Part shown: one piece after another, positions 8,001 through 17,334 of the stretch
Numbering within the stretch: position 1 is the first letter of the stretch
Layout: each line of letters begins with the position of its first letter
Assembly: GCA_943350445.1 (NCBI GenBank)
Contig: CALRAE010000002.1
Coordinates: 2,134-66,133 of the forward strand
Direction: 5' to 3'
From: Candidatus Nomurabacteria bacterium
GTDB taxonomy: Bacteria; Patescibacteriota; Minisyncoccia; Phycocordibacterales; UBA9973
DNA: 64,000 bases
The notes under the pieces: generated by a model
Seen by the model: the letters and a program-made list of their open reading frames with translations, nothing else
Told to the model about the DNA's origin: nothing
Databases searched by the model: none
Translations under genes and position numbers: made by a program

Positions 8001-10067
8001 ATGGCAAAAGACGATACAGAAAAGAAGGGAAACGGGCATCATTATGACGCTTCGGACATCTCGGTTTTAGAGGGTCTGGAGCCGGTGCGGCGTCGTCCGG
8101 GTATGTATATTGGTACCACAGGCCCGGAAGGGCTTCATCATTTGGTGTGGGAAATTTTTGATAACTCTCGCGATGAGGCGATGGGCGGTTTTTGTAATGA
8201 TATCGAGGTGGTGTTGCTTCCTGGTAATAGAATACGTGTGGCGGACAACGGCCGTGGCATACCGGTAGACACTCACAAGAAAACAAAAGTTTCTGCGCTC
8301 GAGACTGTCATGACCACACTCCACGCCGGAGGAAAGTTTGGAGGAGAAGGATATAAAGTGTCCGGTGGTTTGCACGGAGTGGGCGCATCTGTGGTGAACG
8401 CTCTTTCTATTTTTTGTAAAGTAGTAGTACACAGAGATGGAGGCATGTATATGCAGGAATATTCTCAAGGCAAGAAAAAGGCTTCAGTGAAAAAAATCGG
8501 CAGTTCGAAACTTCATGGTACGATCGTGACTTTCGAACCAGATATAGAAATATTCAAAGATCTAAAATTTGACTGGCATACGGTAGTGAATCATATTCGT
8601 CAGCAAGCTTACCTGGTGAAGGGATTGAAAATTTTAATTATTGACGCTCGCGGCTGGGACAAGACAAAGGGGATGGATGATAGTGATGTTTTTTATTTTC
8701 GAGATCTAGGGCTAGAACTTCCATCAACATCTTTTTATTTCGAAGGTGGACTTATTTCTTTAATTAAATTTTACAATAAATTACAGAAGCCAATCCAGAG
8801 CAATATTTTTTATGTTGAGAAAGAGCTCGATGGCGTAGGCGTAGAGATAGCTCTCCAATATGTAGATGATATAAGTGACCGCATTATTCCTTTTGCAAAC
8901 AATATAAACACTCCCGAAGGTGGTACACATGTCACGGGTTTTAAGACTGCGCTTACAAGAACTCTAAATACATACTGCAAGAAGAATGAAATGATGAAGG
9001 AGTCTGAGGGTGGATTTACTGGTGAAGACGTCCTCGAAGGTCTTACGGTAGCCATTTCAGTAAAACTACGTGAAATACAGTTTGAAGGTCAAACAAAGGC
9101 AAAATTGGGTAGTATGGAGGCTCAGGGGGCGACTGCGACTGTCTTTGGTGAAGCCTTTAACAATTTCCTAGAAGAAAACCCAGATGAGGCAAGAGCTATA
9201 ATAAATAAATCCATTTTAGCGTTGAAGGCTCGCAAGGCGGCAAAAGCTGCAAAGGATTCTATTTTAAGGAAAGGCGCACTCGAGGGTATGACACTTCCGG
9301 GTAAACTTGCTGACTGTCAAAGTAAAGATGCTTCAGAATCTGAATTGTTCCTAGTGGAGGGAGACTCTGCGGGAGGTAGTGCCAAGCAGGGTAGAGACAG
9401 ACGCACTCAAGCAATATTACCACTCAAGGGTAAAATTTTGAACGTTGAAAGAGCGCGCATAGATAAAATGTTGGCTTCTAAGGAAATCAAATCTCTTGTT
9501 ATCGCTCTCGGTACTTCGATTGGAGACACCTTTAATATTTCAAAGATGCGTTACCATAAAATAATAATTGCTACAGATGCTGACGTGGACGGTTCACACA
9601 TCCGTACACTTCTTCTGACTCTTTTTTACCGATATTTCAGACAAGTCATCGATGCTGGATATATATACATCGCTCAGCCACCACTTTATAAAATAAAAAA
9701 AGGTAAAGAGATCTCATATGCTTACACTGACGAAGAAAGAATAAAACTTGTCGGTAAAGGGGCGGATGTGAGTGATATAGAAGAGGTAGAAGCCGAAGGT
9801 CCCGAGCAAAGCGAGGGAGAAGAGACCGAAGAAACAACTAAGAAATCAAACAAGATACACATCCAACGCTATAAAGGTCTCGGAGAAATGAACCCAGAAG
9901 AGCTTTGGGAAACGACCATGGACCCAGCAAATCGAGTACTTAAGAAAGTAAATATCGACGATGCTGAAGAAGCGAATAAAATCTTTGATATTCTCATGGG
10001 TTCCGAAGTCCCTCCTCGTAAATCTTTCATCCAGTCTAACGCAAAATTAGCTGAGATTGATATATAA
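8001..10067 (+). CDS. gyrB: DNA gyrase subunit B
   Basis: GHKL ATPase and TOPRIM motifs (LEGLEPVRRRPGMYIG, LVEGDSAGGSAKQGRDR, PLKGKILNVERA). Acidic insert near the C-terminus. Confidence 0.9.
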   Translation: MAKDDTEKKGNGHHYDASDISVLEGLEPVRRRPGMYIGTTGPEGLHHLVWEIFDNSRDEAMGGFCNDIEVVLLPGNRIRVADNGRGIPVDTHKKTKVSALETVMTTLHAGGKFGGEGYKVSGGLHGVGASVVNALSIFCKVVVHRDGGMYMQEYSQGKKKASVKKIGSSKLHGTIVTFEPDIEIFKDLKFDWHTVVNHIRQQAYLVKGLKILIIDARGWDKTKGMDDSDVFYFRDLGLELPSTSFYFEGGLISLIKFYNKLQKPIQSNIFYVEKELDGVGVEIALQYVDDISDRIIPFANNINTPEGGTHVTGFKTALTRTLNTYCKKNEMMKESEGGFTGEDVLEGLTVAISVKLREIQFEGQTKAKLGSMEAQGATATVFGEAFNNFLEENPDEARAIINKSILALKARKAAKAAKDSILRKGALEGMTLPGKLADCQSKDASESELFLVEGDSAGGSAKQGRDRRTQAILPLKGKILNVERARIDKMLASKEIKSLVIALGTSIGDTFNISKMRYHKIIIATDADVDGSHIRTLLLTLFYRYFRQVIDAGYIYIAQPPLYKIKKGKEISYAYTDEERIKLVGKGADVSDIEEVEAEGPEQSEGEETEETTKKSNKIHIQRYKGLGEMNPEELWETTMDPANRVLKKVNIDDAEEANKIFDILMGSEVPPRKSFIQSNAKLAEIDI

Positions 10068-10069
10068 AA

Positions 10070-10579
10070 ATGCAAAAAATTGTAATTGTGGGTTGTCCTA
10101 GTTCTGGAAAAACAACTTTAGCAAACAAACTCGGTGTTTTGTTAAATATTAAAGTTTACCACTTGGATAAAATTTTCTGGGTTGAAAAGCAAGGTATTAA
10201 ACAAGATATTTTCTTGGTCCAACAAGAAGAAATTATGATGAATAATACGTGGATTATTGATGGAGGTTTTGTAAAATCAAAATCATATGGTGTTAGGTTG
10301 AATAATGCTGATACTGTAATATTTTTTGCTTTCTCAAAGGTTATAATTTATTGGAGACTCTTAAAGAGAGCTATAAGATATTTTAATAAATTAAGACCAG
10401 ATATGGGAGGAAGTCGGAAGGATCATTTAAATTGGCAGTTAGTAAAATATATTTGGAATTACGATACTAAAGAGGAGTATAAAAAAATAATGGAATACTT
10501 AGGAACAAAGAAACTGATCGTTATTAGAAATTTTCAGGAGGAAAAAGATTTTTTTATCAAAGAAAAGTTAACTCTCTAG
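10070..10579 (+). CDS. Small P-loop NTPase (adenylate-kinase/FlaR topology-modulation-like)
   Basis: Walker A GCPSSGKTT at the N-terminus, 169 aa. Confidence 0.45.
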   Translation: MQKIVIVGCPSSGKTTLANKLGVLLNIKVYHLDKIFWVEKQGIKQDIFLVQQEEIMMNNTWIIDGGFVKSKSYGVRLNNADTVIFFAFSKVIIYWRLLKRAIRYFNKLRPDMGGSRKDHLNWQLVKYIWNYDTKEEYKKIMEYLGTKKLIVIRNFQEEKDFFIKEKLTL

Positions 10580-10619
10580 TGAAGCTTAAATTGTCTTGAA
10601 TTTTTGTTTGGAGAGTTTT

Positions 10620-12392
10620 TTACTTTTTATTCTTGATTTCCTCTAGTAGTTTTTTAACTAAATCTTCTTTAGATATTTGTCCTAGATTTCCATTGCCTGC
10701 CTGCGCAGACAGGTCGCGAGATTCTAGGGTGACTTTATTTGCTTCTATTTCTTTATCGCCAATGACTATCCAGTAGGGGATCTTGTTATTCTTTGCTTCA
10801 CGGACTTTTGTACCGAGGTTGTCTTTTCCATCATCAAATTCTGCTCTTATATTATTCTCATTAAGTAATTCAAAAACTTTCTTGGCGTATTCATTATGAT
10901 TTTCACGTACAGGGATTATTTTTACTTGTACAGGCGAGAGCCACAGGGGGAAGGCACCAGCGTAATGTTCGATAAGTATACCCATAAATCTATCTGGAGA
11001 ACCAATAAGTGCTCGGTGAATCATTACTGGTGTTTGTCTGCTTCCGTCATTGTCTGTATATTCTAGTTCGAATCTATTTGGTTGATTAAAATCAAGTTGA
11101 ATAGTTGAAATTTGCCATTCTCTTTTTAAGGCATCAACTGCCATAATATCTATTTTAGGTCCATAAAATGCAGCTTCACCTTCTGCTGCTTTGTAGTTTA
11201 TTTTTTTAGCATCTAGAAGTTTTTTCATTATTATTTGAGAATTCTCCCAAATTTCATCGGTACCAAGATATTTTTCTTTATTGTCCGGATCTCTTAATGA
11301 CAATCTCATCCAATAATCAATTTTGTATAATTTTAGAGCTTTTTCAATAGCATTTAAAATATTTGAAACTTCATCTTCAATTTGATCTTTGCGACAAAAA
11401 ACATGGCCATCGTCTTGAGCAAAGCAGCGAAGGCGGACTAAGCCAGAAAGTTCCCCAGGTCTTTCATCTCTGTAAAGATTTGCAAAATCAGAATAGCGAA
11501 TAGGTAAATCACGGTAACTCCTTGGTCGTGATGCATATATTTGAGTATGCTGGGGGCAGTTCATTGGTTTTAAGAAAAAATCTTCTTCACTGTATTGTGA
11601 TTGGACGGTGAGCATGTCTTGTTTGTATTTATCGTAATGACCAGATATTTTAAACAATTCTGCTTTGTTGAAATTTGGAGTATGTACTTCTCCAAAACCA
11701 AGTTCATTATTTAGTTCTCTAGAAAATCCTATAATTGCGTTACGAATAGCGTTTCCTTTTGGAGTGAACATTGGCATACCCGTCCCAACTAAATCAGAAA
11801 AAACTAGCAAGTCTTGCTCTTTTGCTATTTTTCTATGGTCTCTTTTCTTTGCTTCCTCTATTTGGATTAGATATGCATCCAACTCTTCTTTAGTATTAAA
11901 AGCCAAACCATAAATGCGTGTAAGCATTTTGTTCTTCTCATCTCCACGCCAGTATGCTCCAGCGATGCGGTCTAGTTTGAAAGATTCTGGGGCTATCTCT
12001 TTGGCTGGATTTTCTAAGTGTCCACCACGACATAGATCTGTGAACCCTCCACATGTATAAGTAGTTATTTTCTCTCCACGTTCGGCGATTTCATTTATGA
12101 GTTCTGCTTTGTATTCATTTTTAAAGAATTTCAGTGCCTCATCTTTGCTGATTTCTTTATGTTCCCATCCTATCCACTTCGGAAGCTTTTTCTTCATTAC
12201 ATCTTCAATTTTTTTTAGATTTGCATCCGTTATCTTTTCACTACAGAAATCAATATCATAATAGAAGCCATTTTCTATGGCTGGACCGAGGGTAAGCTTT
12301 ATTTTGTCGAATTTATAGATTTCCCCGACCGCAGCTGCTAGTAAGTGTGCCAAAGTGTGCCTCATGTTGCCTAGTTTGTCTGTCTTTTCCAT
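10620..12392 (-). CDS. thrS: Threonine--tRNA ligase (no TGS domain; starts at the second additional domain)
   Basis: HTLAHLLAAAV (HxxxH editing-domain motif). Class II core (FCRKDQ, GHYDKYK). C-terminal anticodon-binding domain. Carries an 18-bp palindrome near the 3' end. Confidence 0.85.
   Translation of the reverse strand: MEKTDKLGNMRHTLAHLLAAAVGEIYKFDKIKLTLGPAIENGFYYDIDFCSEKITDANLKKIEDVMKKKLPKWIGWEHKEISKDEALKFFKNEYKAELINEIAERGEKITTYTCGGFTDLCRGGHLENPAKEIAPESFKLDRIAGAYWRGDEKNKMLTRIYGLAFNTKEELDAYLIQIEEAKKRDHRKIAKEQDLLVFSDLVGTGMPMFTPKGNAIRNAIIGFSRELNNELGFGEVHTPNFNKAELFKISGHYDKYKQDMLTVQSQYSEEDFFLKPMNCPQHTQIYASRPRSYRDLPIRYSDFANLYRDERPGELSGLVRLRCFAQDDGHVFCRKDQIEDEVSNILNAIEKALKLYKIDYWMRLSLRDPDNKEKYLGTDEIWENSQIIMKKLLDAKKINYKAAEGEAAFYGPKIDIMAVDALKREWQISTIQLDFNQPNRFELEYTDNDGSRQTPVMIHRALIGSPDRFMGILIEHYAGAFPLWLSPVQVKIIPVRENHNEYAKKVFELLNENNIRAEFDDGKDNLGTKVREAKNNKIPYWIVIGDKEIEANKVTLESRDLSAQAGNGNLGQISKEDLVKKLLEEIKNKK
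10696..10713. repeat. Family D palindrome CCTGCCTGCGCAGaCAGG inside thrS (encodes ..SAQAG..)
   Basis: Near-identical to the perfect 18-bp palindrome at 20044..20061 in rnr. Both are read as (S/P)AQAG on the minus strand. Confidence 0.55.
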
Positions 12393-12476
12393 GTTTTACA
12401 TCATATCACATTATCTTTTTTCTGAAAGTCCTTCCTGAATTGCTTTTTACTTCAAATATGTTAGGATGTATCAATT

Positions 12477-12704
12477 ATGGTAGTAAGAATGAGAAGTACA
12501 AAATCACATACAGGCAACCGACGTTCTCACCACGCTTTGAAGAGCACGAGTTTTTCCAAGTGCGAGAATTGCAAATCTTTGAAAAGACGTCACACTGTTT
12601 GTTCTGGTTGCGGTTTTTACCGAGGCAAGAAGGTTGTGGATCTAGTTAAAAAGACAGAAAAGAAGCAAAAGAAAGCTAAAGCTAAGAAGGCGGAAACAAA
12701 GTAA
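12477..12704 (+). CDS. rpmF: 50S ribosomal protein bL32 with a Lys-rich C-terminal tail
   Basis: RRSHHAL motif and the C..C....C..C zinc-ribbon pattern typical of L32. Confidence 0.6.
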   Translation: MVVRMRSTKSHTGNRRSHHALKSTSFSKCENCKSLKRRHTVCSGCGFYRGKKVVDLVKKTEKKQKKAKAKKAETK

Positions 12705-12779
12705 ATCGCGCTTAGACCTTAGGCAATAGGCCCTAGCATAGAGCTAAAGCCTAGTACCTAGAGCCTAACGCCTAAACAA

Positions 12780-13724
12780 ATGGCAAATAGGCACCTCTCA
12801 AGATCAATAGTCCTACAAACCCTTTTCGAGTGGGATTTCTTGTCTGCTGATAAAAAGGCTGATACGTCTATTAAGGATGGCATCAAAGCTGCGCTAAATA
12901 GGAATTTGAAAGAATTTGCTCCTGGACTTGAGGATGATGATTTTGTGTCTTCTCTTATGAATGGTGTATTAGAAAAACATACCATTATAGATAAAATTAT
13001 AGAGAAAGCTGCGCCTGATTGGCCAATAGATAAAATTTCTGTTGTGGATAGAAATATTTTAAGAATTGGTTTAACAGAGCTTTTGTTTGGTGACAGATCA
13101 CAAGTCCCCCCAAAGGTGGCTATCAATGAAGCAATTGAACTAGCAAAAACTTTCGGCGGAGAAAATTCTGGTAAATTTATAAATGGAGTTCTCGGAGCTG
13201 TGTACAAAGAAATGGGCGAGCCAGATAAGGGACACCAAAAAGCTCCAGAAAAAAATAAAAACAATCGGGGGAAGGATGCGAAAGAGCCGGTAGACATATC
13301 GACTTTGCCTGTAGAGAATCTTGGTGGTGCGCTTGTGTATGCTAGAAAGGATGGGTCTATAATGTTTGCTCTGGTTCACGATGTATTTGGTTATTGGACT
13401 TTATCAAAGGGAAAGGTTGAGGAATCTGAAAACATTGAAGAGGGTGCATCAGAGGCTATTAAGAAAGAAATAGGCTTGGATATAAAAATAGAATCAAAAC
13501 TTGGTATAAATGAGTATGTCGCCACACATCCAACCAAAGGAAAGAGTTTAAAGAAGGTGGTTTACTTTTTAGCTTCGAGCGAGTATAAAGAGCTAGAGCT
13601 TGAGAAGTCTGGTGGACTGGACTCAGCTCGATGGTTCGAGATGTCTCTTGTTCCAGAGCTACGCATTTATAATGATATTATTCCACTTATTGCCAAAGCG
13701 GTTGAGATAATTAGTAAAAAATAA
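12780..13724 (+). CDS. nusB: Transcription antitermination factor NusB fused to a C-terminal Nudix-fold domain with a degenerate Nudix box
   Basis: The N-terminal ~140 aa have the NusB pattern (RHLSRSIVLQTLFEWDF). C-terminus reads GGALVYARKDGSIMFALV...GYWTLSKGKVEESENIEEGASEAIKKEIGL, i.e. GX5EX7 is kept but REUXEE is largely replaced (EAIKKE). Confidence 0.6.
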   Translation: MANRHLSRSIVLQTLFEWDFLSADKKADTSIKDGIKAALNRNLKEFAPGLEDDDFVSSLMNGVLEKHTIIDKIIEKAAPDWPIDKISVVDRNILRIGLTELLFGDRSQVPPKVAINEAIELAKTFGGENSGKFINGVLGAVYKEMGEPDKGHQKAPEKNKNNRGKDAKEPVDISTLPVENLGGALVYARKDGSIMFALVHDVFGYWTLSKGKVEESENIEEGASEAIKKEIGLDIKIESKLGINEYVATHPTKGKSLKKVVYFLASSEYKELELEKSGGLDSARWFEMSLVPELRIYNDIIPLIAKAVEIISKK

Positions 13725-14438
13725 TTGATTTTGCAAAATCACATGATTCAATTTTCAAATTTTGAGAAAAAAATAAAAATAATCTTTAAAGACAAAAATC
13801 TTTTGCAACAGGCTTTTATTCACCGTTCATATATAAATGAAAATCCATCGACCAATTTATCACACAATGAAAGGCTTGAATTTTTGGGTGATGCGGTACT
13901 CGAGCTAGTCGTCACAGATTTCTTGTATAAAAAATATCCTACATACACAGAGGGGGAACTAACGGCTCTGAGGTCTGCGCTAGTCAATGCTGTTATTATT
14001 TCTGAAGTTGCGACAGATCTAGGCATGAATGACTATCTGCTTTTATCTAAAGGCGAAACAAAAGACAAAGGTAAAGCGCGATCATATATTTTAGCTAATA
14101 CTTTTGAGGCATACATAGGAGCTTTGTACTTGGATCAAGGCATCGAAATAGTTGGTAAGTTTATAACTAAAACTCTTTTGCCGAAGACCGGAGAAATAGT
14201 TTCAAAGAAGCTCTGGCGCGATGCAAAATCCCTCGTGCAGGAAAAGGCGCAAGAATTTGTAAATGTCACTCCAGCATACAAGGTTCTCTCTGAATCTGGC
14301 CCTGACCATGACAAGCATTTCAATGTCGGTATCTACTTTGGTTCTACACTTGTAGGCGAAGGCAAGGGTCAATCCAAGCAAGAAGCAGAACAAAAAGCTG
14401 CTGAGTCTGCCCTAAAAGCTAAAAATTGGCTTGATTAG
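13725..14438 (+). CDS. rnc: Ribonuclease III
   Basis: Signature ERLEFLGDAVLELVV. C-terminal dsRBD. Confidence 0.85.
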   Translation: MILQNHMIQFSNFEKKIKIIFKDKNLLQQAFIHRSYINENPSTNLSHNERLEFLGDAVLELVVTDFLYKKYPTYTEGELTALRSALVNAVIISEVATDLGMNDYLLLSKGETKDKGKARSYILANTFEAYIGALYLDQGIEIVGKFITKTLLPKTGEIVSKKLWRDAKSLVQEKAQEFVNVTPAYKVLSESGPDHDKHFNVGIYFGSTLVGEGKGQSKQEAEQKAAESALKAKNWLD

Positions 14439-14463
14439 CTGATATTAGCTATACTAATACGGT

Positions 14464-16596
14464 ATGAGGCTGAAAACTCTAGAATTAAACGGCTTTAAAT
14501 CTTTCGCACAGAAGACTGTTTTGGAGTTCGATAGTCCTGTCGTCTCTGTTGTCGGACCGAATGGTTCTGGTAAATCCAACGTGGTGGAAGCTATCCGCTA
14601 CGTCTTGGGTGAGCAGTCTATCAAGTCTATGCGTGGCAAGTCTGGCCTCGACCTCATCTTCAAGGGTTCTAAAACTTTGCCGAAAGGGTCAAAGGCGTCC
14701 GTCTCAATCTATTTCAATAATGCTGACAAAGTTTTTAAACTTTCTAACAATGACGGGGAAGATGTAAATTTAAATTATGAAACTATTAGTATTTCCCGTG
14801 AAGTTTTTTCTGATGGATTAAATAAATATATTTTAAATGGCTCAGAGGTTCGATTGAAAGATATTCACAACCTTTTGGCATCGGTGAACGTGGGTTCGAG
14901 TGGGCACCACATAATTTCTCAGGGCGAAGCGGACAGGATTTTGAACGCGAATGCACAAGATAGGCGCGAAATGGTGGAAGACGCACTTGGACTTAAAATT
15001 TATCAATATAAAATAAAGGACAGTGTCCGCAAGCTAGAACGTACGGAGACAAATATGAAGGAAGTGACGATGCTGCGTCGAGAGAATGCCCCTCACTTGA
15101 ATTTTTTAAGGAAGCAAGTTGAAAAGTTCGAGAAAGCAAAAGATATGCAGATGGAGCTCGCTACTTTATATCGAGAATATTTAAAGAGAGAAAGTTTGTA
15201 TTTAGATAAAGAAAAGGAAAATTTGTCGGTTGAAAGGCATAATATTTCTGAAGAATTAAAAAGTGTCGCTAGCAAAATCTCTGTCACAGAAGATGCAAAT
15301 TCTATTGTAGGTAATAAAAAAATAGAAGAATTGAGGGTTGTAGAGCAGGCAATAAATGCTGTACGTGCTAGTAAAAGTGAAATGGAACGTAAGCTGGGCC
15401 GTATCGAAGGAATGATAGAAGCCAAGCAGAATAGGCCGAGGGTTTCTTCCGGTAGATGTCCGACGTGCGGAAAGGAGATGGGTGATGTGAGCCAAGAACT
15501 AATAGAAAGTAGGCAAAACAATGAAAAAGAGCTCGAAGATTTAAAAAGATCTCAAGGTGAGATCGTGCTCGAGATAGAGAGGAGGGGAGAGGAGGAGAGA
15601 AGACTTTTGCAATCCATTGAGGCGTTGAAGCAGGAGATAAATAAAGAAATGGAGGCTTTGCGTGATTTAGAAAAAGAAAAATTTAAATTTAAAGTCAGAC
15701 ATCAAGAACTTTCTTCAGCTTTAGAGATGGTGGCGATAAAGGAGTCTAACTTAAGAAGCCGAACTGAAAGTTTTGAAAATGAAATTAAAGAAGGCGTGGC
15801 GCTTATCGGGCATGAGATTTTAGCCTATAAAAATTATCAAATCGAAACTCAGGTAGAGGCGCACGTGGTAGAAGAGCAAAAGCGAAAAATCGAACGCCTA
15901 AAAATAAAATTAGAGGATGCGGGACTTGGCAATGGGGCGGAAGTGATGAAAGAATTTAAAGAAGTCTCTGAGCGAGATGGATTCTTGGCAAAAGAAATGG
16001 AGGATCTAACGAAGAGCATCGAAGCCTTACAAAAACTTATCGCGGACCTGAAAGAAAAGATAGACATTGAATTCAAAGAAGGCGTCAAAAAAATAAACGT
16101 CGAATTCCAAGAATTTTTCTCACTCATGTTTGGTGGAGGAACGGGGGAGCTAAACATCGTCCTAGAGAGCAAGAAGAAAAAGAATATTTCTGAAGAACTT
16201 GAGGGTGTGGTAGAAATGGAAGAAGAAAAAATAGCTTTTGAAAAGGGGATAGAGATAAACGTCTCGCTTCCACAAAAAAAGGTCAAAGAACTTCATGCGC
16301 TCTCTGGTGGTGAAAGATCTCTCACCTCTATCGCGCTCCTTTTTGCGATGTCCCAAGTTAACCCGCCGCCTTTTTTGGTTTTAGACGAGACAGATGCAGC
16401 TCTAGACGAGGCAAATTCCCGCAAGTATGGCGACATGCTCGAAAAGCTCTCAAAGCATTCCCAGCTCATCGTCGTGACCCACAACCGTGAGACGATGTCC
16501 CGCGCTGGCGTCCTCTATGGCGTGACCGTGGGCAGTAACGGCGCCTCTAAGCTCCTCTCAGTAAAATTCGACGAAGCCGCCGCTATTGCGAAGTAA
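14464..16596 (+). CDS. smc: SMC-family chromosome segregation ATPase, short form of 710 aa (RecN/SbcC not excluded)
   Basis: N-terminal LNGFKSFA...GPNGSGKSN. Coiled-coil middle. C-terminal LSGGERSLTSIALLFAM and LVLDETDAALDE. Confidence 0.65.
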   Translation: MRLKTLELNGFKSFAQKTVLEFDSPVVSVVGPNGSGKSNVVEAIRYVLGEQSIKSMRGKSGLDLIFKGSKTLPKGSKASVSIYFNNADKVFKLSNNDGEDVNLNYETISISREVFSDGLNKYILNGSEVRLKDIHNLLASVNVGSSGHHIISQGEADRILNANAQDRREMVEDALGLKIYQYKIKDSVRKLERTETNMKEVTMLRRENAPHLNFLRKQVEKFEKAKDMQMELATLYREYLKRESLYLDKEKENLSVERHNISEELKSVASKISVTEDANSIVGNKKIEELRVVEQAINAVRASKSEMERKLGRIEGMIEAKQNRPRVSSGRCPTCGKEMGDVSQELIESRQNNEKELEDLKRSQGEIVLEIERRGEEERRLLQSIEALKQEINKEMEALRDLEKEKFKFKVRHQELSSALEMVAIKESNLRSRTESFENEIKEGVALIGHEILAYKNYQIETQVEAHVVEEQKRKIERLKIKLEDAGLGNGAEVMKEFKEVSERDGFLAKEMEDLTKSIEALQKLIADLKEKIDIEFKEGVKKINVEFQEFFSLMFGGGTGELNIVLESKKKKNISEELEGVVEMEEEKIAFEKGIEINVSLPQKKVKELHALSGGERSLTSIALLFAMSQVNPPPFLVLDETDAALDEANSRKYGDMLEKLSKHSQLIVVTHNRETMSRAGVLYGVTVGSNGASKLLSVKFDEAAAIAK

Positions 16597-16616
16597 AAGG
16601 TGTATAATTGTAAAAT

Positions 16617-17306
16617 ATGAAAAATTCACAAAACGGTTTCGTTTCGCCTATTCTTTTAGGAATAATTGCCTTATTGGTAATTGGGGGTGGTGTGTACGTT
16701 TATAAGAATAAAAAAGAAAAAGCATCTGAAGCCAATGTTGAAACACAGCAATCAAATAAAAATCAACAACAGACAAATACACAAACTTCACCAGTTGCTA
16801 CTCAAAAAAATAATAATTCTGTGGTTCCTGCTCCAATTAAAACTCCTGATATAAAAAGCGTCCCACAAAATTTTTCAACCTATAATAATTCAGGTTTAAA
16901 ATTAAATTATCCAAAAAACTGGACAATTATCGAAGATCCATCAAGAAGTGATGATACTTTAATAGAGTTTAGTATAGAAACTCCGAAAACAGATACAAGT
17001 AGATATGGGAAGCTTTTCTTTCAGTTTGCAAAGAAAGGTGAACTACCTCTTAGTACTATGATGAAAGTTGAACAAAATACTTTAGAAAAAAGTGGGGCTA
17101 CAATTACAGAACCAATGCCGTTTGAATTTGCAGGAATGTCTGGAAATAGATTCACTGCAACACTCGTAGATAATACTGGAACTAAGTATGAAAGTCTTAT
17201 ATTTGTAAACGGCAGGCTTATTGTTAGTTTTGCTGGACGAATTAAGGGTGATTCTACTTATGATGATACTGTAATGAATATTATCAATTCTATCAAAATT
17301 CAATAG
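16617..17306 (+). CDS. Membrane-anchored hypothetical protein with a Q/N-rich linker
   Basis: N-terminal TM helix followed by low-complexity Q/N/T stretch, then a globular domain. No recognisable family. Confidence 0.35.
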   Translation: MKNSQNGFVSPILLGIIALLVIGGGVYVYKNKKEKASEANVETQQSNKNQQQTNTQTSPVATQKNNNSVVPAPIKTPDIKSVPQNFSTYNNSGLKLNYPKNWTIIEDPSRSDDTLIEFSIETPKTDTSRYGKLFFQFAKKGELPLSTMMKVEQNTLEKSGATITEPMPFEFAGMSGNRFTATLVDNTGTKYESLIFVNGRLIVSFAGRIKGDSTYDDTVMNIINSIKIQ

Positions 17307-17334
17307 AAGATATGGAGGCAACGCCATGTCTCAT

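Noticed and set aside
8067-8468. 133-aa minus-strand ORF and other 60-140-aa antisense ORFs inside gyrB, rpoB, rpoC, pheT and smc
   Set aside because: Fully embedded antisense to strongly supported conserved genes. Low-complexity or Cys/Arg-rich products.
12705-12780. Cluster of GCCTAG/GCCTAA short repeats upstream of nusB
   Set aside because: Too short and irregular to call a defined repeat or binding-site array. Possibly part of the nusB promoter/leader.
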